A program made the translations under genes and the position numbers. A stretch of DNA of 64,000 nucleotides from Candidatus Eiseniibacteriota bacterium. GTDB lineage: Bacteria > Eisenbacteria > RBG-16-71-46 > CAIMUX01 > VGJL01. Positions 19,210-28,610 of this stretch are shown here, in pieces (positions within the stretch are counted from its first letter, which is position 1; the number at the start of each line of letters is the position of its first letter). The notes beneath the pieces were generated by a model. That model did not search any database. It was not told the origin of the DNA and saw only the letters and a program-made list of their open reading frames with translations. The stretch spans positions 125,626 through 189,625 of the forward strand of contig JBHGAY010000004.1 of assembly GCA_041946735.1 (NCBI GenBank), in the 5' to 3' direction.

Positions 19210-19956
19210 TCAGGCCCTCTTGCGGCGCCTGAGAAGTCCCACGGAGGCGAGGCCCAGACCAAACAGAGTCAGGGTTGCCGGCTCGGGGACCGGCCGCACT
19301 CCCGAGACCTCGACGACGAGATCGTTGTAGTCCTGATCGCCCGGGTTGAGATCCTCCCAGGCGACCACATAGTTGCCTGCCACGTTCTGTCGATCGACCC
19401 ACTGTCCATTCTGGTAGTCCTGCCCGACGCCGCCGAGAATCCGGAAGGTGACCATGTGGTCAAGGGACCCCGGATCGTTCTCCGCCTCGAGCGAGCCCCA
19501 GAAATGATCATCGGAGGGGTCATTCGGCGTGTTCACCTTGTCGAGAAGCCCGAACCGGAAGATGCTTCCCGAATCGTTCGAGGAGAACGACCCCTGGCCA
19601 CCGGCGAAGTAGCCATTGCCGGTGACGTCGAAGACCGAATGGAACGTGGTCGCGTCCTGTACACCTGCTGCGTCCTGGAAGAACCCGAAGGTATGCAGAT
19701 GCGCCGCAAAACGCGCCTCTGCTCGCGTGCTCGCGTCCCCCTGGTTGTACCAGACCTGATCGAGCCCGTCGTCGATCCGCTCGTAGTTGCCCACTCCGTA
19801 AAGCTGATCCATCACGCCCGAGAGAGCGTAGGGACCATTCGGCTTCACATAGGTGAAGTAGGCGTCGGCGTCACCGACGAACCCCAGGGACCCGATCAGG
19901 AGCGTGGCAGCCAGAAGAAAGAGCTTCGTTCGTCCATGCGTGAGCAATCGAATCAT
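19210..19956 (-). CDS. PEP-CTERM protein (DUF4114-like domain)
   Basis: Signal peptide; AWEDLNPGDQDYNDLVV motif; C-terminus VPEPATLTLFGLGLASVGLLRRRKRA. Confidence 0.92.
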   Translation of the reverse strand: MIRLLTHGRTKLFLLAATLLIGSLGFVGDADAYFTYVKPNGPYALSGVMDQLYGVGNYERIDDGLDQVWYNQGDASTRAEARFAAHLHTFGFFQDAAGVQDATTFHSVFDVTGNGYFAGGQGSFSSNDSGSIFRFGLLDKVNTPNDPSDDHFWGSLEAENDPGSLDHMVTFRILGGVGQDYQNGQWVDRQNVAGNYVVAWEDLNPGDQDYNDLVVEVSGVRPVPEPATLTLFGLGLASVGLLRRRKRA

Positions 19957-20623
19957 TCGCTTCGTCTCCTACTTAGGCACGACTCGTACGTGCGGTGTCA
20001 CAAGAGCGGTCCACTCTGGCGAAATGCTACGGGCCTTGGCATTTCCTGGTCAACGTTCCCGGTCGAACGATTTGATGAAATTGACTTTAACAGGACGCGG
20101 CCCGTCTTCGGACCGCAGGCGGTCGAGCGGTCAGCGTGGAGTCCTCGCGCGCCGCTCGAGTGGCCAATCTCCTGCCGGGGGCTTGCCGCGGCTGGGACCG
20201 GGCGGCTCGTCCTTCGCCGTTTCGTTCCCTTCATCATGGAACGATCCACATCGCATGCATTGCTCGCTCGCTCTTGCCCACACGCCTTCATGGGCTTCGC
20301 GGAGACGTCGTGCAAGTATCGAGCACAGCCGATCGTTCGCTTTGCGATCGACGACGCAGCCTGGCGACACACGGCAGCACCCCGCGCCGGCTTGCACGCC
20401 GCCCGCTCACCGGGGCTCCCATCGGGCCGGACCATCCGGCTCGACCGATCCGACCCGTTCGATCGGGCTTGAAAGGACTCCGGACATCCGGGATCATGCG
20501 GGAAGTCTGTCGTAACGACGCGAACCACGTCGCCCGCGGCTGGCCGATCTCTTTTCTTCTCACCCGATTCATCCCGGCGAAACCAGGATTCGGATCGCAG
20601 GAGCATCAGGGGTTCTCGGAGAC

Positions 20624-21319
20624 ATGACCGCCTTCTCCCGCAGCAAGCACGCACCGAAGCATCCGTGGCTCGCCACGCTCGCTTTCCTTCTCCTGTTCGT
20701 CGGACTGTCGGCCGCCGCGCCCGCGGAACCGGCCTCGGAGCAGCCGGACGAGTCCTCCGAGCAGAAGTTCCGCAACAAGGGATGGATCCTCGATCGGATC
20801 ACGATCGAGGGCGCGGAGCGACCGGGCGTGCGCCGCCTGCATGCGACCGGGAGGATCGCGCTCCCCGCCTTCGACGTCTGGCGGATCATCGCCTACAACG
20901 GCGGGGCGAAGGAGTGGCCCAGCGTGAAGGAGTCGATTGTCGAGAAGAGCGTCGGCGACACCCTGGTGAAGCGCTACACGGTCAGCGTTCCGGTCTTCAA
21001 GGACCGGAGATACCGCCTCCAGTCCATCGTGGACGACCAGAAGAGGCAGGTGCGCTTCGAGCTGGTGCCGGGGTATGGCAACGTGCGCGAGATCCGGGGT
21101 AGCTGGACGGTGCTCGAGATCTCCGACTCCCTGACGACCGTTCTGTACCAGCTCGATACGGACCCCGGCGTCAAGCTGATTCCCGGCTTCATCGTCAGCT
21201 GGGCCACGAAACACGCCGTGCCGCGGCTCTACGAGTTCATCCACGACCAGGGGATGGACGGCGCGGTCGCGCGCGCCGGCATGGAGCGCCGCCGGGACGG
21301 GGACGGCCGCGGGCGCTGA
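20624..21319 (+). CDS. Exported SRPBCC/START-like (polyketide cyclase-like) protein
   Basis: Signal peptide; VW.II..Y...EWPSVKES, IRGSWTV, DTDPG..IPGFIV.WA...AVP pattern typical of START/SRPBCC folds. Confidence 0.7.
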   Translation: MTAFSRSKHAPKHPWLATLAFLLLFVGLSAAAPAEPASEQPDESSEQKFRNKGWILDRITIEGAERPGVRRLHATGRIALPAFDVWRIIAYNGGAKEWPSVKESIVEKSVGDTLVKRYTVSVPVFKDRRYRLQSIVDDQKRQVRFELVPGYGNVREIRGSWTVLEISDSLTTVLYQLDTDPGVKLIPGFIVSWATKHAVPRLYEFIHDQGMDGAVARAGMERRRDGDGRGR

Positions 21320-21341
21320 CCGCCCGCGCGGCTGCGATCGC

Positions 21342-22208
21342 GTGGACCCGATCGGGTTCGATCCCCATGACGCCCTCCTGCTCCATGGCATCGGTCTCAA
21401 GGAGCGATTCCGGATCCGGGAAGGACGGGCCGAGTTCCTGACCGCACGTCTCCGCCGGCTCTTCCGCTCCGCCCAGGATCTCGGCCTGACGATCCCTCTT
21501 TCCTTCGAAACGGCGGCCGGCCGGGTGCGGGAGGCCGCCGCGCGTTTCGCCGACGGCGGCGACGGGCTTCTCGACGTGATCGTCACCGGCGCAACGGGCG
21601 GCCGCCAGGGTGACACGTTCGAGGACCACGGTCTCCATTCGGCGGCAAGGACCGTCGAGAACGGGCAGGGCGCACTGCTGTTACGACCTCATCCATTCCC
21701 CGGCTATCCCGCGCGAATGATGCAGGGCCTGGCCTGTGTCTCTTGCTCCTACCCTCGCCCGGATCGGTCCCCCCTCGACCGGCATCCGATCCTCCACGAC
21801 TGGCCCGCGTTGCTCGCCGCCTCGGAGGCGGGCCGGCGCGGCGCCGACCTCGGCCTCCTGCCGGATGACACCGGCGCGGGAGGGTTCTCCCGATCGACCG
21901 AAGGCACCCTGTTCGCGCGCGTGGACGGAGTCCTCCTCACGCCGTCGATCGACGAGGGAGCCCGCGACGAGATCGAACGCCGAGAGGTCCTTGCGGCCGC
22001 CTCAGCGCTGGGGATTTCCACCCGGGAGACGAGGGTGGGACGCGAGCAACTCCTGGCCTCCACCGAGGCGTTCGTCGCCGGGCCCCGCCTGGGGATCGCC
22101 GTCCTCGCCATGCTGGACGGCGAAGCGCTTCCGCTCCGCCCGGGCGATTCGCCGGCCGTCCCGCTGCTCCGGATCCGCCTCCGTGAGCGGGGCGAGGCGG
22201 ACTGCTGA
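21342..22208 (+). CDS. Class IV (D-amino acid/ADC lyase-type) aminotransferase-like protein, degenerate
   Basis: Fold-IV layout (LLHGIGL.E.F, RL.RLFRSA..LG, LLTP...G, EAFV, LDG); PLP Lys and other catalytic motifs not found. Confidence 0.65.
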   Translation: MDPIGFDPHDALLLHGIGLKERFRIREGRAEFLTARLRRLFRSAQDLGLTIPLSFETAAGRVREAAARFADGGDGLLDVIVTGATGGRQGDTFEDHGLHSAARTVENGQGALLLRPHPFPGYPARMMQGLACVSCSYPRPDRSPLDRHPILHDWPALLAASEAGRRGADLGLLPDDTGAGGFSRSTEGTLFARVDGVLLTPSIDEGARDEIERREVLAAASALGISTRETRVGREQLLASTEAFVAGPRLGIAVLAMLDGEALPLRPGDSPAVPLLRIRLRERGEADC

Positions 22209-22399
22209 CGAGGCCGCCATGCCGCCGGTCGAGGGCCCGATGGCTCCCGACCCGGCCCCACGGAACGCCGGGCGAGTTGCAGGAACCGCCCCTCCGGCCC
22301 GAACTTCGCGCCCGCTGCGGGGTTCTGAAGGTCGTGCCGCTGGAAAGGTCCGCCGGGAACGTATAGATTCACCCGCTGTTGGCTGCTCAGGAGGAAGAG

Positions 22400-23215
22400 T
22401 TGCACCGAATCGATCGAAGCCTGCCCGTCCTGTTCGGGATCCTCACGGGTCTCGCAGGTCTCTGCTCTCCGATGTTCGCCCCCCCCGCCTCCGCGTCCGC
22501 ATGGCTCGAGAATCCCAACGTCCTCGTCGAGGTCGGCGGAAAGCCGAGCGGCACGACGCACGTCTACGACAGCGAGGACTTCCAGCAGATGCTCCTCGTG
22601 GGGGACGGGCAACCGACGGCGCTCGTCATCGACCTGACGACGTCTAGCGTCTCGGAGATCCCGGCTGCCAGGGTCCAGGAAACGGCGGATGGAGCGAACA
22701 CTCCGGACGACTTCGCCGGGGAGCTGCTCGTCACGGACGTGGAGCAGCAAGACGGCACGATCCTCCTCTCGTGGGGGGATGCGCCCGTTGCGATCCGCCC
22801 GCTTCCGCCCCTCATCGGACCGACGACGCTCGAGCGGATCCTCGCCGTCAAGCCGGCCTACGGCGCCTCGGCCGCGGCGTACAAGCCGGACCCCGCGAAG
22901 GTCGCCGCCCTGAAGCAGGTGGGCGCCGACACGGAGATCCGCGTCTACTTCGGCACCTGGTGCCTGAACTGCAAGCATCTCGTGCCGCCACTCCTCAAGA
23001 CGGTCGAGGCGGCGGCCAATCCGAAGATCCATCTCTCCTTCCTTGGCGTGGACGAGGACCTCACGCAGCCGGCCAAGGAGCTGGACCGCGATCACGTCTC
23101 CCGGACTCCGACCGTCCTCGTGCTCCAGGGCGGGCGCGAGCTGGGCCGCATCGAGGAGAAGGCCGAGACCACGGTGGAAGGGGACCTCGCCGCGATCCTT
23201 GGCGGATCCCGCTGA
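22400..23215 (+). CDS. Exported thioredoxin-family protein
   Basis: TTG start after an AGGAGG RBS; signal peptide; YFGTWCLNC active site; cis-Pro loop RTPT; ELGRIEE. Confidence 0.8.
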   Translation: MHRIDRSLPVLFGILTGLAGLCSPMFAPPASASAWLENPNVLVEVGGKPSGTTHVYDSEDFQQMLLVGDGQPTALVIDLTTSSVSEIPAARVQETADGANTPDDFAGELLVTDVEQQDGTILLSWGDAPVAIRPLPPLIGPTTLERILAVKPAYGASAAAYKPDPAKVAALKQVGADTEIRVYFGTWCLNCKHLVPPLLKTVEAAANPKIHLSFLGVDEDLTQPAKELDRDHVSRTPTVLVLQGGRELGRIEEKAETTVEGDLAAILGGSR

Positions 23216-23224
23216 CAGGACGGA

Positions 23225-24130
23225 GTGAAGGCGAAGACACGGATCACGCTCGGGTGGCTGCTGGGACTCGTCCCGGCAGCCATCCTTTTGTATGCGGCTC
23301 TGCTGAAGGGGCTCGACCCGCGCCTCTTCGCCGATCAGATCACGGCGCATCGCGTCACCCCCGCGGCATGGTCGGCGTTCCTCGCCCCGGTGGTCGTGTT
23401 CCTCGAGATCGCGATCGGACTGGCGCTCGCCCTCCGACTGTGGCCGCGCTTCACCCACTTCGCATTCCTCGCGATGATGATCGGGTTCATCGCGATCACA
23501 GCCTATGCGTGGTCGCAAGGCAACGCGAAGGAGTGCGGCTGCTTCGGGCGGGCGGTCGGGCGCGGGCCGACGGCCGTCCTGGTTCAGGACTCCTTGCTGA
23601 TCGTCGTCTCGTTGGTCGCAATGCGTCTGGAGCGCGGGGCGCGGACGTCTGCGCGCCTGGTGGCGGCGGGCGCGGTGCTGCTCCTGCCGTCGCTCGCATT
23701 CTCGATTTTCGGCGGCAAGATGCCCGCGCAATCGCTCGTGACCGGGATCCGCTCCGGCTCCTCGCTCGCGGATCTCCCGATCGAGGATCTGAGGCGGCCG
23801 CATACGGAGGGCTGGGCGCTCCTGCTTCTGGTCGGTCCCGATTGTCCCGCCTGCCGGGAAGGGTTGCCGGATCTCAGTGCGCTCGCGCGGAACAGGAAGG
23901 ACGTCGCGGTCGCCGCGGTCTATTCCGGCCCACGGCAGGAAGCAATGGCGTGGCGGTTGGAGAACCTCCCCGCCTTCCCGGTGGCGCACGCATCGGCACG
24001 CGCGCTTCGCGCCTACTATCGCGAGCTGCCGACGGCGTTCCTGTCGAAAGACGGCGCGTTGGTGCAGGCCTGGTGGGGACGCCTGCCGCACGGGGCGGAG
24101 GTCGAGGCGAAGCTGCCTCCGGCGTCCTGA
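23225..24130 (+). CDS. MauE/DoxX-family membrane protein fused to a thioredoxin-like domain
   Basis: N-terminal TM helices with CGCFG; C-terminal GPDCPAC and ELPT. Confidence 0.8.
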   Translation: MKAKTRITLGWLLGLVPAAILLYAALLKGLDPRLFADQITAHRVTPAAWSAFLAPVVVFLEIAIGLALALRLWPRFTHFAFLAMMIGFIAITAYAWSQGNAKECGCFGRAVGRGPTAVLVQDSLLIVVSLVAMRLERGARTSARLVAAGAVLLLPSLAFSIFGGKMPAQSLVTGIRSGSSLADLPIEDLRRPHTEGWALLLLVGPDCPACREGLPDLSALARNRKDVAVAAVYSGPRQEAMAWRLENLPAFPVAHASARALRAYYRELPTAFLSKDGALVQAWWGRLPHGAEVEAKLPPAS

Positions 24131-24138
24131 TTCGCCTT

Positions 24139-24212
24139 CCTACCCGCGCGCGAACCTGCGCCCCTACCCCCGTCCGGACCTGCGCTTCCTACCCCCGCGC
24201 AAATCTGCGCCC
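24139..24212. repeat. Three ~24-25-nt tandem copies of the RND gene 3' end including its stop codon
   Basis: CCTACCC...(A)CCTGCGC units, with CTA at 24140, 24164 and 24189. Confidence 0.75.
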
Positions 24213-27200
24213 CGCCCGGCGGCTCTCCTCCTCCTCCTCCCGCTCCCGTCGCTGCCGCTCCTCCTTCGTCAGGGCGAGCCGGATCTTGTTCCCGAAGTCG
24301 TCGAAGAGCGTGTAGACGACCGGGACGACGACCAGCGTCAGCAGCGTGCTCGTGATCAAGCCGCCGATCACGGCGCGCGCCATCGGCGCGCGGAACTCCG
24401 CTCCCGCTCCGATCGCGAACGCGAGCGGCATCATCCCGAAGATCATGGCGAGCGTCGTCATCACGATCGGACGCAAACGGATCTCGCCGGCGTCGATCAG
24501 CGCGTCGCGCCTCGAGAGGCCGCGTTCTCGCCCTTGGTTGGTGAAGTCGATCAGAAGGATCGCGTTCTTCGTGACGAGGCCCATCAGCAGGATGAGGCCG
24601 ATCATGCTCATGATGTTGAATGTGGTCCCGGTCAGAAGCAGCGCGATCAGCACGCCGACCATCGACAGCGGCACGGAAAGCATGATCGCGAGCGGCTGCA
24701 GGAACGATCCAAACTCGCTCGCGAGCACGAGGTAGATGAAGATGATCGCGAGGATCATACTCTCCACGATGTTCCGGACCGTCTCGCCGAACATCTCCGT
24801 CTCGCCTCCCATCGAGACGCTGTAGCCGGTCGGCATCGCGAGCTGGGAGACGCCCTTCATGATGTCCCCGCTGACGGCGGTCAGGGTGCGCCCGTAGAAG
24901 TTCGCGCGGATGATGACGACCCGCTGCATCTCACGCCGGTCGATCTCCTGGGGGCTCGCGCTCTTCGCGATGGCGGCGATCTGCCCGAGCGGGACGGTCC
25001 GCGGAGCGCCGGTGACCGGATCGATCCCGCCGGTCGGGATCGGCAGCTTCGCGAGCTGGTCGACCGATTCGCGCGCGGAGCCCGGCAGCCGGACGATCAC
25101 GTCGTGCTGCTCGCCGTTCGGATCCTCCCATCTCGAAACCGCCTCTCCCGCGAACGCCGGCCGGAGGGTCTGCGCGATCGACCCGATCCCGACGCCCATC
25201 TCGCTCGCCAGGTCGCGATTCAAGTCGACGCGCACCTCGGGGCGCTCTTCCTCGAGGCTCGACTCCGCTTCGATCGCCCCGGGAGTGTTGCGGACGACCG
25301 CGAGCACTTCGTTCGAGACGCGGCGAAGCTCCTCGATGTTCGCCCCGCTGACGAAGATCTCCAGCGGCTTCTGCGATCCGCCGAAGCCCGCCGCCTCCAG
25401 CACGGCGATCTCGACCCCGGGGAGGTCTTCCAGCTCACTGCGCAGCACGACCGACAGATCCTGCTGGGAGAGATCGCGATCCCCCTTGGGGGTCAGCTTC
25501 ACGTAGATCTCCCCCTCGTTCACCTGCGCGTTGAACCCGCCCGCGATCGTTTCGTAGGTGTAGGCGACTTCGGGCCGCTGGCGGACGAGCGCGGAGACCT
25601 CGCGCACCCGGTCGGTCGTGTACGAGAGCGTCGACCCGACCGGGGCTGTGACCACGACGGCCAGTTCCTCGTTGTCGGAGTTCGGCATGAAGGTGCCGCC
25701 GATGAGCGGAAAAAGAGCCATCGCTGCGACGAAGGAGAGCACGGCAATTCCCAGGGTGACGAAGCGGTGGGTGAGCGCCCATCCGATGACCCCCCTGTAG
25801 CGCTTCCCGAGTCGGACGAACGAATGATTGAACCGTTCGAGGAGCTTGCCGATCGGGCCCCGCGCAGCGTGACCCTCGGCGACCGGGTCGTACCAGACGG
25901 AAGACAGCATCGGATCGAGCGTGAAGGAGACGAAGAGCGAGACGGCGACCGCGCAGGCGACGGTGACTCCGAACTCGCGGAAGAAGCGCCCGACGATCCC
26001 GCCCATGAACGCGACCGGGACGAAGACGCAGAGGGTCGACATCGTCGTCGCGAGGACGGCCAGACCGATCTCGCTCGTTCCCTTACGGGCGGCCTCCCGG
26101 TGGTCCTGCCCCATTCCGACGTGCCGGACGATGTTCTCCCGGACGACGATCGCATCGTCGATGAGGATCCCGATCGCCAGGGAGAGCGCCATCAGGGTCA
26201 TCATGTTCAGGGTGAAGCCGAACGCGTAGATCGCGAGGAAGCTCGCGATCACCGAGACTGGGAGCGTGAGCCCCGTGATCACGGTGGACCGCCAGGAGTT
26301 CAGGAACGTGAAGACGACGAGGACCGTCAGGAGCCCCCCGAGAAGGATCGTGGTCTTGACGTCCTCGACCGATTGCTCGATCCAGACGGAGTTGTCGCGG
26401 ACGATCGACAGCTGCATCCCTTCGGGGAGGGCCGCGCGCGTCCGCTCGACCTCCTCCTTGACCCCGTCGGCGACCTCGACGGTGTTCGCGCCCGAGACCT
26501 TCCGGAGATCGATGCCGATGGCCGGCTTGCCGTTGACGAGCGCGGCCGTCCGCGCTTCCTCCGCAGAGTCGACGACGCGCGCGACGTCGCCGAGGCGCAC
26601 GGGGACGCCGTCCCGCACCGCGACGACGAGCTGTTCGAAGTCCCCGGGCTTCTTCAGGCGCCCGGCCACCCGCACCAGCTTCTCCCCGGGGCCCTGCTCC
26701 AGCCGGCCCGCCGGAACCTCCATGTTCTCCGACCGCAGCGTCTGCATCACCTGCGGGACGGTGATCGATCGCGCCGCCAGCCGGTCCGGATCGACCTCGA
26801 CGAGAATCGCGCGGGCTTCGCCTCCGAGAAGCGTAACCTGGCCGACTCCCTCCACCGCCTCGAGGTTCTGCCGGAGCGTCTCGTCCGCGAAGTCGCGCAT
26901 CTCGCGCATCGAGCGAGTTTCGGAGGACAAGGCGAGCGAGACGATCGGGATCTCCTGAGGATCGAACCGGAGCACGAGCGGCGTCTCGATGTCCTCCGGA
27001 AGCTCTTCCCGGATCTGATCGATCTTCGAGCGCACGTCCTGCTGCGCGTCCATCGCGTTCGTCCCGAGATCGAACTCGATGAACACGGTCGAGAGCCCCT
27101 CGAGGGAACTGGACGTCAGCTCCTTGACTCCCTGGATCGGGTTCACCGTCTCCTCGATCTTGCGCGTCACGTCGCGCTCGACGGTCTCGGGAGAGGCGCC

Positions 27201-27356
27201 CGGATACGGGGTCTGGACGACGACGAACGGGAAGGTGATGTCGGGCCACTGATCGATCGCCAGACGCGAATAGGAGAAGGCGCCGAGCGTCAGCAGCGCC
27301 CCCATCAGCATCGTGGCGAAGACCGGCCGTTTGATCGAGACGTCGGAAAGGAACAT
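24189..27356 (-). CDS. RND efflux permease (AcrB/AcrD/AcrF family)
   Basis: SIKRPVF, YPGASPE.VE, GILIDDAIVVRENI, GLVTKNAILLIDF, RLRPIVMTT; 1055 aa. Confidence 0.96.
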   Translation of the reverse strand: MFLSDVSIKRPVFATMLMGALLTLGAFSYSRLAIDQWPDITFPFVVVQTPYPGASPETVERDVTRKIEETVNPIQGVKELTSSSLEGLSTVFIEFDLGTNAMDAQQDVRSKIDQIREELPEDIETPLVLRFDPQEIPIVSLALSSETRSMREMRDFADETLRQNLEAVEGVGQVTLLGGEARAILVEVDPDRLAARSITVPQVMQTLRSENMEVPAGRLEQGPGEKLVRVAGRLKKPGDFEQLVVAVRDGVPVRLGDVARVVDSAEEARTAALVNGKPAIGIDLRKVSGANTVEVADGVKEEVERTRAALPEGMQLSIVRDNSVWIEQSVEDVKTTILLGGLLTVLVVFTFLNSWRSTVITGLTLPVSVIASFLAIYAFGFTLNMMTLMALSLAIGILIDDAIVVRENIVRHVGMGQDHREAARKGTSEIGLAVLATTMSTLCVFVPVAFMGGIVGRFFREFGVTVACAVAVSLFVSFTLDPMLSSVWYDPVAEGHAARGPIGKLLERFNHSFVRLGKRYRGVIGWALTHRFVTLGIAVLSFVAAMALFPLIGGTFMPNSDNEELAVVVTAPVGSTLSYTTDRVREVSALVRQRPEVAYTYETIAGGFNAQVNEGEIYVKLTPKGDRDLSQQDLSVVLRSELEDLPGVEIAVLEAAGFGGSQKPLEIFVSGANIEELRRVSNEVLAVVRNTPGAIEAESSLEEERPEVRVDLNRDLASEMGVGIGSIAQTLRPAFAGEAVSRWEDPNGEQHDVIVRLPGSARESVDQLAKLPIPTGGIDPVTGAPRTVPLGQIAAIAKSASPQEIDRREMQRVVIIRANFYGRTLTAVSGDIMKGVSQLAMPTGYSVSMGGETEMFGETVRNIVESMILAIIFIYLVLASEFGSFLQPLAIMLSVPLSMVGVLIALLLTGTTFNIMSMIGLILLMGLVTKNAILLIDFTNQGRERGLSRRDALIDAGEIRLRPIVMTTLAMIFGMMPLAFAIGAGAEFRAPMARAVIGGLITSTLLTLVVVPVVYTLFDDFGNKIRLALTKEERQRREREEEEESRRAGRRFARG

Positions 27357-27383
27357 CTCACTCCTCTCGTTGCGCGAAGCCGA

Positions 27384-28610
27384 TCACCGCGCGCCGCCGG
27401 CGTCGCCTGCTCTGCTCCCGCCGCTCGCGCCGCTTTGCGAGGGCGAGGCCGTTCCCGCCGCCTCGGGTCCCTGCCGGATCACCTCGATCGGTGAGCCGTC
27501 CCGGAGTCCGGGAGCGATCCCGGCCAGAAGCGAGTCGCCCGCCTGCAGATTCCCGCGCAGCTCGATGAGGGCCGCTTTCTCGTCGACGATTCCCGTTTCG
27601 ACCGGGATCCTCCGCGCCGTGCCGTTCTCGATCGCATAGACGACTTGTCTCTCCCCCTCCGTGCGCAAGACGGCGAGCGGAGCCGCGACCGCGCTTTCTC
27701 TCACCGTATCGATCACACGGCCCGTCGCGAAGAGGCCACCGACGAGGCGCCCTTCCGGATTCGGAATGCGCGTGTAGATGCGCACCTGGCGGGTTCCGGG
27801 CTCGGTCGTCGGGCCGATCCGGTCGATCTTCCCTTCGAACTCTTCGTTCGGAAATGCGTCGACCGTGAACCGGATGGGGGATCCAACGTCGATCCGGCCG
27901 AGTGACTCCGACGGGATCGTCGCGGACAGCTCGAGAACGGAGTTGTCGACGATCGTGAAGAGGCGGTCCCCGGTCGCCGTCCGGTCGCCGCTGTGCACGA
28001 ACACCTTGCTCACGGTCCCGTTGATCGGGCTGGGGACGTCGAGACGCTCCGCGTTCTCCTTCGCGTGGTTGCGGGCCGCCTCGGCCGCGCGCACCCGCGC
28101 CTCGGCGGCGGCCGTCTGCGCTTGGGCCGCCTCGAGATCGCGCGGAGCCGCCGCTCCGGCATCGAGGAGCTTCTGCGCCCGGCGCTCCGCGTTCTGCGCG
28201 GCGAGGAGCGCTGCGTGCGCGGCGGAAAGCTCCGCCTCGCTCGCGACCAGGGCGTCGTGCACGTCCGAGGGACGGTAGCTTGCCAGCTCCTCTCCCCGGG
28301 AGACCGCCTGGCCTTCCTTCGCTCGCACCGTGGCAAGATCCCCGTCGAAGCGGGCGATCACCTCGACCACCTCCACCGGCCCCAGCTCGCCCGTAAACGG
28401 AACTCCCGACTCCAGCGTCCGGGAGGAGGCGACGACGACGTCCGTCGCGCTCACCAGGACCTTCGGGTTCACGGCGGCCTTCGACTCCGGCGCCTTCCGC
28501 CCGCATCCCGCCGCAACCAGCGCGGACGCCACGGCGGTGAGCAGCATCGCTCGCGTCGCCATCCGGTACCTCACGATCGCACCTCCACCCCGGCCTACCG
28601 CCGGCATCAC
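27384..28610 (-). CDS. RND membrane fusion (periplasmic adaptor) subunit
   Basis: Lipobox-like VAAGC; V..KEGQ.V..GE.LA, SPINGTV, F.GKIDRI.P; the true start may be 28574 or 28562. Confidence 0.9.
   Translation of the reverse strand: MMPAVGRGGGAIVRYRMATRAMLLTAVASALVAAGCGRKAPESKAAVNPKVLVSATDVVVASSRTLESGVPFTGELGPVEVVEVIARFDGDLATVRAKEGQAVSRGEELASYRPSDVHDALVASEAELSAAHAALLAAQNAERRAQKLLDAGAAAPRDLEAAQAQTAAAEARVRAAEAARNHAKENAERLDVPSPINGTVSKVFVHSGDRTATGDRLFTIVDNSVLELSATIPSESLGRIDVGSPIRFTVDAFPNEEFEGKIDRIGPTTEPGTRQVRIYTRIPNPEGRLVGGLFATGRVIDTVRESAVAAPLAVLRTEGERQVVYAIENGTARRIPVETGIVDEKAALIELRGNLQAGDSLLAGIAPGLRDGSPIEVIRQGPEAAGTASPSQSGASGGSRAGDAGGAR

Noticed and set aside
20310-20326. Sigma-54-like site GTGCTCGATACTTGCA upstream of the PEP-CTERM gene (- strand)
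   Set aside because: It lacks the invariant -24 GG, and no clear enhancer box was found.
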